Source: Centroscyllium fabricii
Taxonomy: Eukaryota
Length of the DNA: 64,000 nt
Assembly (NCBI GenBank): GCA_051313645.2
Contig: JBNRSN020000025.1
Location: 29,698,001-29,762,000, forward strand
Direction: 5' to 3'
The position numbers and the translations under genes were made by a program. Numbering within the stretch: the stretch's first letter is position 1; each line of letters begins with the position of its first letter. This document shows, in pieces, positions 23,038-35,604 of this stretch. The notes beneath the pieces were generated by a model that saw only the letters and a list, made by a program, of their open reading frames with translations, had not been told where the DNA came from and did not search any database.

Positions 23038-24836
23038 GTCACAGGCACAAAGGTCCGAATGGCGGCCTCCTGTGCTGTATGATTCTGTTTGGGACATCTT
23101 TGCTGAAACTCATCAAGATTTTATTTTAATATATGCATAGAAATATTCTGGTTTAAATGACCTGATTTTTAAACATTGTATCTTATTACGGGTGACATTT
23201 TCAATGAAGCCTTTCAATCCTGCCTGCATGCTCCAAGTGTGTGTGTTTATTGACATTTCATTGACATTTCGCTAACCGCAATAGTGGCTACTACTCAATA
23301 GGTCAACGGGTCAAGGAGATCCTCTGGGCACCAAACAAGTGCAAATACTGTGTAGTGGCCAGATCACACTTTATCATTGTGTACACAGGTCTGTTTGAAA
23401 ATTTCTGCGTAGAGGAGACTGCGTTGTGAAATATTTACATAAATCGTGAATAATAAGTAACCAAGACTCATGAGTTGTATAAATCCTGCATCACATGAGG
23501 TGTTCCACTTGCACAATGAGGGGTGAGAAATGATACATTCTCATTGTATAAAAGGTGCTTTTCATCAGCACATTAAGTTTTAGTGTGTGTGTGCATGCAT
23601 GCTATGTATGCATGTGTATGTGCACATTTGTGTGTGTGTGCATGCACGTGTGTTCACTATTGAGTCGTGCACCTTGCTACAGTCAACGGGTTCAGGATGT
23701 ACCCTCAGTGCATTATAATACCTTATGGCCCTGTTAAGATACCATATTGGTTGTGGAGCCGCTTTCAATGTAAATAAAAACAATTGGTTCTCTCTCAGCC
23801 TCAAAAGGCCTTGGTTTAAACCAAGGTGTGAACCTCCCCCAACAACAACCTTCAGAGCTGCCATATTGGTCATGGGATGGCATCTGCTGGATCGTTCGCG
23901 GTCGCAACTGAAGCAGTTTTATATTGCGCGCTGACATTGAGCCTGCTGCGGATAGACACGGTGATGTGATGTGAATACATCACTAATCACTGTGCAGCAC
24001 ATTTCCCTTTACCATTCGGGTGAAGCCATGATCCAGCTACATCTCTAGAATAACAACGACCCTTTAATATCAACAGCTGCATTGCTCCCTTCATTAAATA
24101 TTTCAGTGATAAATGTAAAATAAAAACCCTCTAACTTGTTTGGCATTTTGTGAAAAAATTGCACACAAGACAAATGTCATCCAATCAATACTATTTAAAT
24201 CAGGGCCAGGACAAACAACAAGCAAACTCCAAAGATTACTTCTTTGAGGCTCTGGTACACGGGCAAGGTGACTATTGCAACAAAAGTTGGCAAAGCTCCT
24301 ACTGCGCGGGGACAACACACGCGTGATGTTTTCATGACAAATTGGTGCGATTGCATGTCATGTTCTTAAGAACATAAGAGCATAAGAGGTAGGAGCAGGA
24401 GTAGGCCTGCTCCGCCATTCAATAGGATCATGGCTGATCTCTGTTGCATTCGCACGTCTCCTTCAAAGAAACCAAGGTCTCTGTTTAAGGCCCCAGGGAC
24501 AAGGAGGCAGACCATGCAATGATGACCAGGAAGCTAAGAGAACCTTCATCTGTTATCATAGTGACGCAATCTAGATGCATCTACTTGTTAAGAATGAAAG
24601 ACGAAACCCCCCCACCCCCGGCGACGTGGATCCATGAACACACCTACTGATTGGTGCAGTCCTAGACAGGTCAGCGACCCGACAGGGTAGGAGCAATTTT
24701 AACTCTATCCCCTCCCCATGGAGTAAACGGGGTGCGTCGGCAGTTAAAATCGACCGGGTGTCCTACCCGCCAATGTCCTGGTCGGATCCCGCCATCTTCC
24801 GTTTTAACCTGCTCTTCTGAGAGGCAAATGGATTCT

Positions 24837-24993
24837 GAGATTCTTGCAAAAGTTAGCAAGCAGCAAGCCTAATCCCAATTGAAGAGCCAGTGGCAACCAG
24901 CGACAAGCTGATGGCCTTGAAATGAAGCCCTTGGCTAAGTCACTTCCAATTCGCTTCCAGTCAAACCCAAGGAAGCAGACCTGAAGTAGTCTA
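24837..24993 (+). pseudogene. Decayed intronic duplicate of part of the PLCH2 terminal exon (29823-29978)
   Basis: Hand alignment gives ~77% nucleotide identity; reads EILAKVSK/SKPNPN*...KPLAKSLPIRFQSNPRKQT* with a 1-nt insertion and two stops. Confidence 0.85.
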
Positions 24994-25255
24994 CCTTGGC
25001 TGGCACCAGTTAAGGGCCCTCTCCGTGGCAGCATCAATCCTCTGATAGGCCAATGAAAAGTTCAGCGTCACCACCTCGCAAGTATTGAACAAATGAATCT
25101 CTCTAGTTCCTAGACTTCAGCTATTTTGAACGTTTGTGGATGCTGCAATGGGATCCAGACCATTCAGGTGATGGTGGATGTCGAGTAAGCTTAGACTAGA
25201 ACTATAGCGACTTTGACCTGCACGAGTCAATTGTCTATTTTGTTCTGTGACGCAT

Positions 25256-26620
25256 TGGGGCCAAATCTTCCTGAAAAAATTACCGGTGTGTTAATGACGC
25301 AAGGCATTAGTAATGCACAAAGTGAATTGGGGAGTTCAGGGAATGAAGAGATATGCCATGAGTTGCAAATCTCCAGAACTTGCTGGTCAATTTACGCCGC
25401 TTCACCCTTTGCTTCGCACAAATGGCACCTTGCCCTTAGTCTCCCCGTTATTTATAAGACTTTGCTGGATTTGCACATTTATTGCCTATTAAACTTGTCG
25501 CAGAAAATTAGGGCTCATAATTAATACTGTAAGTATCTATTTAACAATGTGATCATTGTTAATGCGATGCCAATTGCTCTGGCCCAGAAAGGGAACAATT
25601 TAAACTGTTCAATCTCATTCCTGCAGATAGTAAATTGTTGTTGGAGATTTAAAAAAAAATATTTTTCAATTTTTTTTCTTTTCCTTTCTGTCTTTTTTTT
25701 CTCTCTTAATTCAGTCTTTCTCTCTCTTTCAGTACCTGATTTGACTCTAATTCTCCACATAAATACTGTGGCTACAAGAGCAGGTCAGAGGCTGGGTATT
25801 CTTCAGTGAGTGTCTCACCTCCTGACTCCCCAAAGCCTTTCCACCATCTACAAGGGACCAGTAAGGAGTGTGATGGAATACTCTCCACCTGCCTGGATGA
25901 GTGCAGCTCCAACACTCAAGAAGCTCACTGCCATCTAGGACAAAGCAGCCCGTTTAATTGGCACCCCATCCACCACCTTAAACATTCACTCCCTCCACCA
26001 CTGGTGCACCATGGCAGCAGTGTGTACCATCTACAAGATACACTGCAGCAACTAGCCAAGGCTTCTTCAGCAGTGCCTCCCAAACCCATGACCTCTTCCA
26101 GCCAGAAGGACAAGGGCAGCAGGCGCATGGGAACACCACCACCTCCACGCTCCCCTCCAAGTTACGCACCATCCTAACTTGGAAGTATATCGCTGTTCCT
26201 TCATCGTCACTGGGTCAAAATCCTGGAACTCCCTCCTAACAGCACTGTGGGAGTACCTTCACCACACGGACTGCAGTGGTTCAAGAAGGCAGCTCACCAC
26301 CACCTTCTCGAGGGCAATTAGGGATGGCAACAAATTCTGGCCTTGTCAGCGACACTCACATCCCATGAATGAATAAAATAAAACCTCCTTCTCTGTCGTT
26401 CCTGTTTCTTTCTCAATCCTTAAATCTCATTGTTTAAACAGGTTGTCTATTGGTCCCGTCATTCACCTGAGGTCCCAGGTGCCCTGTTACCCTTGCCATA
26501 CCATCATGAGCTCGCACTTCCAGCAAGTTACGGTGTGAAAGCTTTCTTGCTGAAGGGTGCAAGAAAAAGTCTAACTAACGGCGCATAGTGAGATGCCAAA
26601 ATGCAACAGGATTTGGCCCA
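25256..26620. mobile_element. Probable DNA transposon remnant with nested LINE 3' fragment (25755-26385, +)
   Basis: TIR-like gggccaaatc/gatttggccc; the nested part matches the LINE at 54575-55380 (HINTVATRAGQRLGIL). Confidence 0.55.
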
Positions 26621-27750
26621 TTGTGCTGTGCTGTATTGTGTTGGACCGTACTGTATTGTGTTGTGCTGGACTGTGCTGCGTTGAGCTAGACTGGACCGTG
26701 GTGTGTTGTGTTGGACTGTGCCGTGTTGTGTTGGACTGTGCCGTGTTGTGTTGGACTGTGCCGTGTTGTGTTGGACTGTGCCGTGTTGTGTTGGACTGTG
26801 CCGTGTTGTGTTGAACTGTGCCGTGTTGTGTTGAACTGTGCCGTGTTGTGTTGGACTGTGCCGTGTTGTGTTGGACTGTGCCGTGTTGTGTTGGACTGTG
26901 CCGTGTTGTGTTGGACTGTGCTGTGTTGTGTTGGACTGTGCCGTGTTGTGTTGGACTGTGCCGTGTTGTGTTGGACTGTGCCGTGTTGTGTTGGACTGTG
27001 CTGCGTTGTGTTGTGTTGGACTGTGCTGTGTTGTGTTGGACTGTGCTGTGTTGTGTTGGACTGTGCTGTGTTGTGTTGGACTGTGCTGTGTTGTGTTGGA
27101 CTGTGCTGTGTTGTGTTGGACTGTGCTGTGTTGTGTTGGTCTGTGCTGTGTTGTGTTGGACTGTGCTGTGTTGTGTTGGTCTGTGCTGTGTTGTGTTGGA
27201 CTGTGCTGTGTTGTGTTGGACTGTGCTGTGTTGTGTTGGACTGTGCCGTGTTGTGTTGGACTGTGCTGTGTTGTGTTGGACTGTGCTGTGTTGTGTTGGA
27301 CTGTGGTGTGTTGTGTTGCACTGTGGTGTGTTGCGTTGGACTGTGCTGTGTTGTGTTGGACTGTGGTGTGTTGTGTTGGACTGTGGTGTGATGTGTTGGA
27401 CTGTGCTGTGTTGTGTTGGACTGTGCTGTGTTGTGTTGGACTGTGGTGTGTTGTGTTGGACTGTGGTGTGTTGTGTTGGACTGTGCTGTGTTGTGTTGGA
27501 CTGTGCTGTGTTGTGTTGGACTGTGCTGTGTTGTGTTGGACTGTGGTGTGATGTGTTGGACTGTGCTGTGTTGTGTTGGACTGTGCTGTTGTGTTGGACT
27601 GTGTTGTGTTGGACTGTGCTGAACTGCTCTGTGTTGGACTGTGGTGTGATGTGTTGGACTGTGCTGTTGTGTTGGACTCTGTTGTGTTGGACTGTGCTGT
27701 TGTGTTGGACTGTGTTGTGTTGGACTGTGCTGAACTGCTCTGTGTTGTCT
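26621..27750. repeat. 20-bp minisatellite (gtgttgtgttggactgtgct), ~55 copies
   Basis: Direct inspection. Confidence 0.97.
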
Positions 27751-28740
27751 TTCAACACTGGAACAGCTTCTGATGTCAAGCTAAATTCTCAGTTTGCTCC
27801 AATAGCCCAAGTGTTTCCACTTACGAATCAAAACTGACTACTGACTGCATTGACTGGCTTATTGAGTTCCATAGACAGCTTGTGGGGAAGGACTATCCAG
27901 ATCAATGACATTTTGAAATTGAAATTGATGAAGTAATTGATTTATGAAAGATCTTTAATAGAGCCTGTGTCTTTCAGAAAAGAATACAAATTGCTTTTAT
28001 CAAAGGCACTCTGTGTCATGTTATCCACAAAAAAACAACTTTATATTTCAAGAATTATTGGGCTGGTAGAGCGCTCACTGGAGTGAATGTGCTTTGAGTA
28101 TCAGTAGTCACGGTGTGTGGGAAGGTTAGTATGTCTTGAAGGCACTGGGCAAAGTTAAAATGTCCGTTGTTCTAGTCAGTCAATGTTGTGCTGGGTTTAT
28201 GAGGCTGGCTTGGTGTTGCAGACCCTGCCTGGGATGTGGCTCAGTCACTCACAGTCAGGTTGCCAGTGGGAGAATAGCTCAAGACTGTTGCTTTCGCTCC
28301 CTCGCTCGTTACCCCTGCTGGAAGCGCACGTGCTCAGCTGTGTGGGGCAGCCACAGCGTTTGTCTCGGCCCTGATGTCCCCCCTGCCCCTCCCCCCCCCC
28401 GCGGTGGGAAGCCCATCGACACCCGCTCACCAGGCCCACTCGTGAAACAAAGCCGATTGAACAAGACGACCGCTGTCACCTATGGAGCCAATCCCTAGCG
28501 TGAGCAACAGCCTTGAGAAGAGAGGAATGATAAACGGGACAGAAAAAAGAATATTTGGGAACTTTTACGAAAACTTACGTTTTAAGTCCTAACTCTAGTG
28601 TCAGGAAAAAGCAATTTGACTTTTTGGCCTCGGCTGCCTTCCATTCATTGACCTGATCCCCACACCGTGATTATATGATGGAGTATGATGAAGCTTGAAT
28701 GATTTTTATTGATTGTTTTCATCTCCTCTTCTCCTTGCAG

Positions 28741-30581
28741 GTGACCAGCCATTCTCACATCCAGTTCCAAGCGCTCCCACGCACACTCTTGAAACCATTA
28801 CTGAAGAATCTATGCATTTCGAGGATAGAACTTGCACTGACTCCCAGTGGATGTCCTCATCTACTGTGAGTAGATCCAGAGAAGAAAGCACCAACTCCGA
28901 GGAACGTCTAGTTCCAGAAACCAGCCCGTCGCCACCACAACCCAAGAAGGTCCCGACCGATAATGACCGAGCAATAAAGGCCCCAGAGGCTTCTATTAGT
29001 GAGAAACAATTGGGAAATGGAGCTGTTCTCCTAGGTATGGATCTCCTCACAGGAGGCAACAAGCAAGAGGAGACCCTTCATGCTCATGTTTGTCTTGCAT
29101 CAAGTCTCCACAAAGACTCTCAGGGCGGTGACAGACCTTCCCATTTTTCTGATGACGGCACAAATTCGTGCACTGCCACCAATCACTCCACAACCCAACT
29201 GAGCTCTTCTCAAAACCCAAAAGATTCCTCATTGGCACCAAATGGTCAGTGCAGGGAAAAAGCTGAAGTCCTCGGTGGTCATCTGGCTCAACTTGAAGCT
29301 TTACCCACTGGAGCCTCAGCCGATAATCCTGTTCAGGAAGCACCTGGTGAAAGGTTGGACAGCACAGAGTTAGCCGAATCCCAGAAAAGCCCTACTATTG
29401 ATTCAATCGCCAGTTCTATACCACAAGGTGCTCAAAACGGATGTGACAAAAATACCCCTGGTTGTCCTATTGGGAATAATGTTCACCCTGATATGGTGCA
29501 AAGCGTTAGTTGTGATGGGCATCTTATTCAAAGTCAACATCGATTGTTGGTAACTCCTGTCCAACTATGCACATCTCCAGTGCCTGCAGTGTCATCAGAT
29601 GTGACCATAAATGATAGAATCTGGTGCAAATTGGATTCTGGGAGCCACCGGGATAGTATGTCCTCGTCATCCAGTATGTCATCAAATGACACGGTCATCG
29701 ATTTGTCGTTGCCCAATTTGGCTCGGAAGAGTTTATCCGACCTCAGCAGCAGGCAGAATGAAACCTTGGAAGGGCTTTTGATAGATAAACGGATAAGGCC
29801 TCGATCAGCTACAACTGGTCATGAAATGCTCGCTAAAGTTAGCAAAAGCAAGTCCAATCCCAATTTAAGGTCTGATGGCGACCAGCAACAAGTTGATGAC
29901 CTTCTGCCGAAGCCCTTAGCAAAGTCATCGCCAATTCCCTTCCAGTCAAACTCAAGGCGACACACCTGGAGTAGGCTGTACATGGATAGCCTCAAACAGT
30001 CTTCCCCAACTCTCAAATCAATAACGCAAAGCAAAAAGGTAGCGGACAGTCCGAGCAAATCAAAAAGCCTGGGTGACCTGACCTCCGACGATATCATGCC
30101 CAGCTTTGACAGCAAGTACAAGAGCATCAGTCGGAACTTTATCACAAGGCCCATGCGTGAGCAGCGCAGGGCGGCCGGCATGAAGAGACCCACCCAGGAC
30201 AATTTGACGGAGCAGCTGAAGAGGATCACGAGCTTCGAGCGGGAGAATGACATCACCTCCCCCACCGCCGGTCAGCCTCCGGAGACCGAGGAGACCAGCC
30301 CAGTCGTCCTTCGCAGATCTTCGTCGAGGAGCCAAAGCCGGGTGCGGTACATTGCCAACCGGGCGAAGCAGGCGCAGGAACGGCAGCGGCTGTGGAGCCT
30401 GGGGCAGAACAACCCGGCCAGCGTGCTGGAAGAGAGGGGTAACCCGGAGGGGGCGTGCTCTGTCCCCAAGAGCATTTGCACGGACATGGCCCTGCCCCTG
30501 CTCCATCGAGTCGCAGAGGAGACCAAGGTCCCACCAGCCATTGGCAGCGAGGCGGAGGTCTTCTTCATGCTAAAACTTTAA
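28741..30581 (+). CDS. PLCH2: Phospholipase C eta 2, terminal coding exon
   Basis: Acceptor ctccttgcag at 28740 (phase 1); motifs HRDSMSSSSSMSSNDTVIDLSLP, SKSKSNPNLR, SKSKSLGDLT, LTEQLK, RRSSSRSQSRVR, EERGNPEGACSV and hydrophobic C-terminus FFMLKL match PLCH2. Confidence 0.95.
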
Positions 30582-32288
30582 GACTCGTTGCAAAGAGGTC
30601 AAACAAACTTAATCTTGTCAGCAGACCTCAAGAACGATTGAGATGTTTCACTCCAACAGCAGCACTGGGGCAACCAACCCTCGGAATGGGTCCAATTTTT
30701 AAAAAGCTGGAATTTGTGCTTTTTTTGGTTGCCCTTTTTGCGTGCCATACTTTGCACAAATCATGCGGTTTGCACTGGAAATTGAAACTTTGTACGACAC
30801 TGGTGCAAATTGGTACTACTTGCGCAGAAAAGAGCGCTAAAAAGTGCACGGAAGCAGCAAGCGGGACAGGAGAAGGAGAGTCAGAGACGGAAAGTAAATC
30901 CAGCGCTCAAGAGCGAGTCAAAAACTTATGTCTTCCTCCCGTAGGTGGGGATGTGAAACTCGTGTCAGTGTTGTGCAGTATCTGAAGCTCCTCATTTCGA
31001 GTCCGAGGTCGGGCAAATACGTCTCAAATTCCTCGGCCATTGCCATCGTGTTCTTAGGCCCCCCAATCGGGAGTCATGCTTACAGCGGCGGCAAAAATGT
31101 CTGAATTATTTTTTTAAACTGTGCGTGTGATGGTGTAAAAAAACTGCACGATAATATTGTTTTTATTTAAAATAGAACTCTTTTAGATTGTTTTAAACGG
31201 AATATCACCCCCAAAAAATGAAAAAAAACTGCTCTGTATTTAATAAATACACAGCAGTGTGTATGAATCGTACCTCCCAAAAGAACTATGTTCAATTTTT
31301 TTTTTTAATGTAGTCGCATGTTTTTTTAATGTTTGATTTGTGATTTTAATACTCAACTGAGTATGGCTTCACAAACGTAGATTTTAAATCCTCGCTCTCC
31401 CCCGGCGCACAAAAAAGAATGAATACATGTACCCAGGGCAGTTGGTCGAGCTGTGATGATTCTATTAATCCTGTCACCGGCCAGTTGTGACTATACAGAT
31501 GTTCTCGGGGGGGGGGGGGGGCTCCACTCCCTGGTTAATGTGAGGTTGTTTGAAGTGTCCTGGAGACCGAGGGGGTTAAAGGCTCCGTCCGTCCAGCCGC
31601 CCTGAGTAGTTCGTCCAAGGATCTCATCCCCGGCCTGTGCTGGGTTGGTCGATTTCAAATTGGGGTGCTAAGTTGGGGCAAAGAAATTGGTCCGCGTGCT
31701 AATGGACGAGAGAGGGGAAAATCAGCCCCTGATCACTGCTTATTGTATGGTGCTCAGAAATGCCTCGGTGTGGGCATTGGGCGCATATGCACAGGAGTAG
31801 GCGCCCGGGGGCAAAAACAGAGGGGAAAATGGATCTTTCGTTACATTGTCAGTCTGCACGCTGAGTGCTCCTGGACCATAGGAACAGGAGGAGGCCATTC
31901 AGCCCTTCGAGCCTGTTCTGTCTTTCAATTGGATCATGGCTGGTCTGTATCTTAACTCCATTTACCAGCCTTGGCGCAGTATCCCTTACTACCCTTACCT
32001 AACCAAAATCTATCAATCCCAGTTTTGAAATTTTCAATTGACCCCCAGCCTCACCACTTTTCGGGGGAGAGAGTTCCTGATTTCCACTTCCCTTTGTGTG
32101 AGGAAGTGCTTCCTGTCATCAGCCCCAGCTCTAATTTTAAGGTTACAATGATAAGGGAGTTATTGACTAATCAGAGCAATCGGTCTCGATCAATGAGTCT
32201 CCAACAGACCCAGACCTGAGGCGAGGAAACCTCCAGTGGTGGAGAGCTTTGGCATTCTTTACCATCTTGGTATCTCTTGCTGATATCT

Positions 32289-32660
32289 TGGGCGGCACGG
32301 TGGCATAATGGTTAGCACTGTTGCCTAACAGAGCCAGGGGCCCGGGTTCAAATCCGGCCTCGGATGACTATCTGTGTGGAGTTTGCACATTCTCCCCGTG
32401 TCTGCGTGGGTTTCCTCCGGGTGCTCCGGTTTCCGCCCACAGTCCAAAGATGTGCGGGTTAGGTTGATTGGCCTTGATAAATTGACCCTTAGTGTTAGGG
32501 GGATTGAATATGTGGGGTTACGGGGATAGGGTGGGAATATGTGGGGTTACGGGGATAGGGTGGGAATATGTGGGGTTACGGGGATAGGGTGTGATGTGTG
32601 TCGGTGCGGGCTCGATGGGCCGAAATGGCCTCTATCTGCATTGTAGGGATTCTATGATCT
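32289..32660 (+). mobile_element. Full-length HE1-like V-SINE (short tail) with internal 30-bp triplication
   Basis: gggcggcacggtggcataatggttagcac head, V-domain and ttctatga end. Confidence 0.92.
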
Positions 32661-32814
32661 TTCCATATTGTTTTTGCTGTTTCAATCTCCCAAGCATGGC
32701 TGTGCCCAAAAGGTTGGCTGCCCAGTACCCACTCCTTCCTTCAGCACAGTTACATCAGTTCAGCAGCTTATTCCTCACTCGCCTGATCGACCCGGGAGCG
32801 AAGGCAACAACAAC

Positions 32815-33200
32815 AACAACGTACATTTATTTAGCACCTTTAAAGCGGTAAAACGTCCCGCGGTGCTTCACAGGAACGTTATCGGACAAAATTTGACACC
32901 TAGCCACGTGAAGGGATATTAGGACAGGTGACAGGTAGGTTTTAAGGAGTGTCTTAAAGGAGAAGAGCGAGGTGTAGAGAGGCAGAGAGGTTTAGGGAGG
33001 GAATTCCAGAGCTTAGGGCCGAGACAGCTCAAGGCACGGCCGCCACCGGTTGTTCACCACCAACATCCGCAGTGCAGATTCAATCCGTGCCAGGTGAGTA
33101 CCAATGGTGGAGTGGGGAAAATTAGAGATGTACACAAGGTTAAAATTGGAGGAGTGCAGAGATCTCGGAGGGTTGTAGGGCTGGAGGAGGTGCTCGAGAG
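32815..33200 (-). mobile_element. L2-type LINE 3' fragment
   Basis: (caa)n tail and ggtttagggagggaattccagagc shared with 61535-62150. Confidence 0.75.
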
Positions 33201-33269
33201 AAGGCAGGAAAATATTCACCTCAGGAAAGGAGAATACGAATCCAGGACGGCTTCACATGATGCCAGCTA

Positions 33270-33720
33270 TATAGAATTACATTACATAGACTGTACAGCA
33301 GAGAAACTGGCCATTCGACCCAACTGGTCCATGCTGATGTTTATGCTTCACTCCAGCCACCTCTCAGCAGATCCTTCTATTCCTTTCTTCCTCTCGTGCT
33401 TATCTACTTTCCCCTTGAATGCATCTCCGCTATTCGCCTAAACCACTCGCTGTGGTACTGATTCCACATTCTAACCACTCTCTGGATAAAGAAGTTTCTC
33501 CTGAATTCCTCATTGGATTTATTGGTGACTATCTTTTATTTATGACCCCTAGTTTTGGACTCCCCCATAAATGGAAACATCTTCTCTCGGTCGACCCTAT
33601 CAAACCCTTTGGTAATGTTAAAGACCTCTGTCTGGTCACCCCTCAGCCTTGTCTTTTCTGGAGATAAGAGATCGAGCCTGTTCAATCTTTCCTGATGGTT
33701 GTAACCACTAATTTCTGGTG
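33270..33720 (-). mobile_element. CR1 LINE 3' fragment
   Basis: attccacattctaaccactctctgg...aaagaagtttctcctgaattcc; similar to 45885-46390. Confidence 0.75.
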
Positions 33721-33942
33721 GTATTGTTGTTGCTCAGTTGGTGATAACACTGCAGGAGGGGGATCAGTCTTCTTACTGATTGCTCACAACATCTCCCGGT
33801 CCAAAGATCTCTCAGACACCCAGAGTAACCAAGAAAGAAGCTACGCTGTACATTACACCAGCGACGGACACACCAGTCTCTTAACCGACGTGAAAGTTGG
33901 ACTTCACGGTTCAATGAGAGCGGCTTTCATTTTGTTTTAGAC

Positions 33943-34139
33943 ACATAGAAACATAGAAGATAGGAGCAGGAGTAGGCCATTTGGCCCTTCGAGCCTGCTC
34001 CGCCATTCAATGAGATCATGGCTGATCATCCAAACCCAGTACCCTGTCCCTGCCTTGTCCCCATATCCCTATCGAACCTGCACCGACACATAACCCACCC
34101 TATCCCCGTAACCCCACATATTCAATCCCTCTAACACTA
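33943..34139 (-). mobile_element. 3' part of a long-tail HE1-like SINE
   Basis: Same tail and junction as 1511-1897. Confidence 0.8.
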
Positions 34140-34886
34140 TGAACAAATAAGACAGTAGGCGCCAGAAAATTAAATAATAAGATTTTAATTCATAAACGTC
34201 TTAAGGTGCTAATTCTGAGAATTTGTGCCTCTTTGATTTTTTAATTTTATTTTGCTGCAGATAAATGAACGGTTGCACTGCCCCTTTGCATGTCATATCG
34301 TTTCAACCAGAGATGTTTTAGATATTATTAATATTTAAGTTTTTCAACAAAAAATGGCAAAGGAGCCAAGTTTTAGGACTGAAATGTACACTAGGAACAT
34401 TTTTAATTTTGTTTGTTTTATTTTGAATGTCCGATCAAAAGTAATAATTGAATGTTTCAGGTTATGAAATGAGAATGTTTTGTTTCCAGATATCTTGGAT
34501 GTAATATTTCAATCGACGCACAGTATCTTCCGTGTACATTACTGAGAGTCATGAATGTGATATGTCCACATTGCAAAAAATACAGAATACAAATATGTAA
34601 CTTCCTACCACTTTGATAATTCTGCAGCAGCTATCTGCGATTTTGAACACTATTTGTAATTGAACTATTATACCAATCAAATAAAATGTAATGAAGTTTG
34701 CTGTAATTGTCCTTATTTGGGTTTTGACAGTATGGAGACCCTTCCCACACCCACCTCACCCAGATTGAACGATGTTATTGGTACTGAGGCAAGAAGACAT
34801 GACATCAACTGACGTGAAAGGCCTGCTTCTAATGAGTCAGAAATGTCTCCTCTTGTGCTGCTGTGCAGTACAGTGCTACAGTAATA

Positions 34887-35604
34887 CAGGTTGAGCACCG
34901 TTAATCGGGCACGGGCGGGACCAGGCCCGTGCCGGGAAATGGAAAATACCGGGAGAACGAGTTTGGACACTGCGCATGCGCGCCAGTCAAAATGGCCGCG
35001 CGCATGCGCGCAGCATTGCGATTCGCTGGCGCGCGCGCATGCGCAAATCGGGCCCGGGTCCGCCGTCCCTCTCCATCGCCTTTGGATAAATGCAAAAAGT
35101 CACACAACACCAGGTTTAAAGTCCAACGTTTTATTTTAAATCACAAGCTTTCGGAGCTCCGAAAGCTTGTGATTTAAAATAAAACGTTGGACTTTAAACC
35201 TGGTGTTGTGTGACTTTTTGCATTTGTCCACCCCAGTCCAACACCGGCACCTCCGCATTATCGCCTTTGGGGTTGCTGCTGCCACCGAGCGGGACTCAGG
35301 CTGACAGCTGTTGCCTGGTGACTGTCCGCCTCAGTCACGGGGCTCAGCTGTCGAGAAAATAACGGGCGGCCGTATTGAATTATCTGCGCATGCGCTAACC
35401 GTCCGGTGACGCATGCGCAGATCATTCAAAACACCCGCAGCTGTTTTGAATGATCTGCGCATGCGCTCGGCGCATGCGCAGATCAATCGCTGAAGCCACG
35501 ATGGGGGCTGCCATTTTGCGCATGCGCAGTGCAGTCGGGGCAATTTGTGCCGGCAGACTGAAGCTGCCGGCTATTCGGGACACGGATTAACGGTGCTCAA
35601 CCTG
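34887..35604. mobile_element. CpG-rich Tigger-like MITE
   Basis: TA|caggttgagcaccgttaatc...gattaacggtgctcaacctg|TA. Confidence 0.9.
35086..35259. mobile_element. Palindromic Penelope-type family A insertion
   Basis: 11-bp TSD atcgcctttgg (35075-35085/35260-35270); ~140-bp palindrome centred on ggagctcc; terminal segment shared with 12689-12720. Confidence 0.85.

Larger units (their letters stand above)
30582..34720 (+). other. Probable PLCH2 3' UTR with proximal (~31242) and distal (~34680) AATAAA signals
   Basis: AT-rich unique sequence after the stop and at 34140-34720; AATAAA at 34680-34685 followed by a U/GU-rich tract. Confidence 0.5.

Noticed and set aside
26571-27837. ORFs of up to 402 aa on both strands
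   Set aside because: Translations of a 20-bp tandem repeat.
29819-30985. Overlapping antisense and alternative-frame ORFs
   Set aside because: Shadows of the GC-rich PLCH2 terminal exon.
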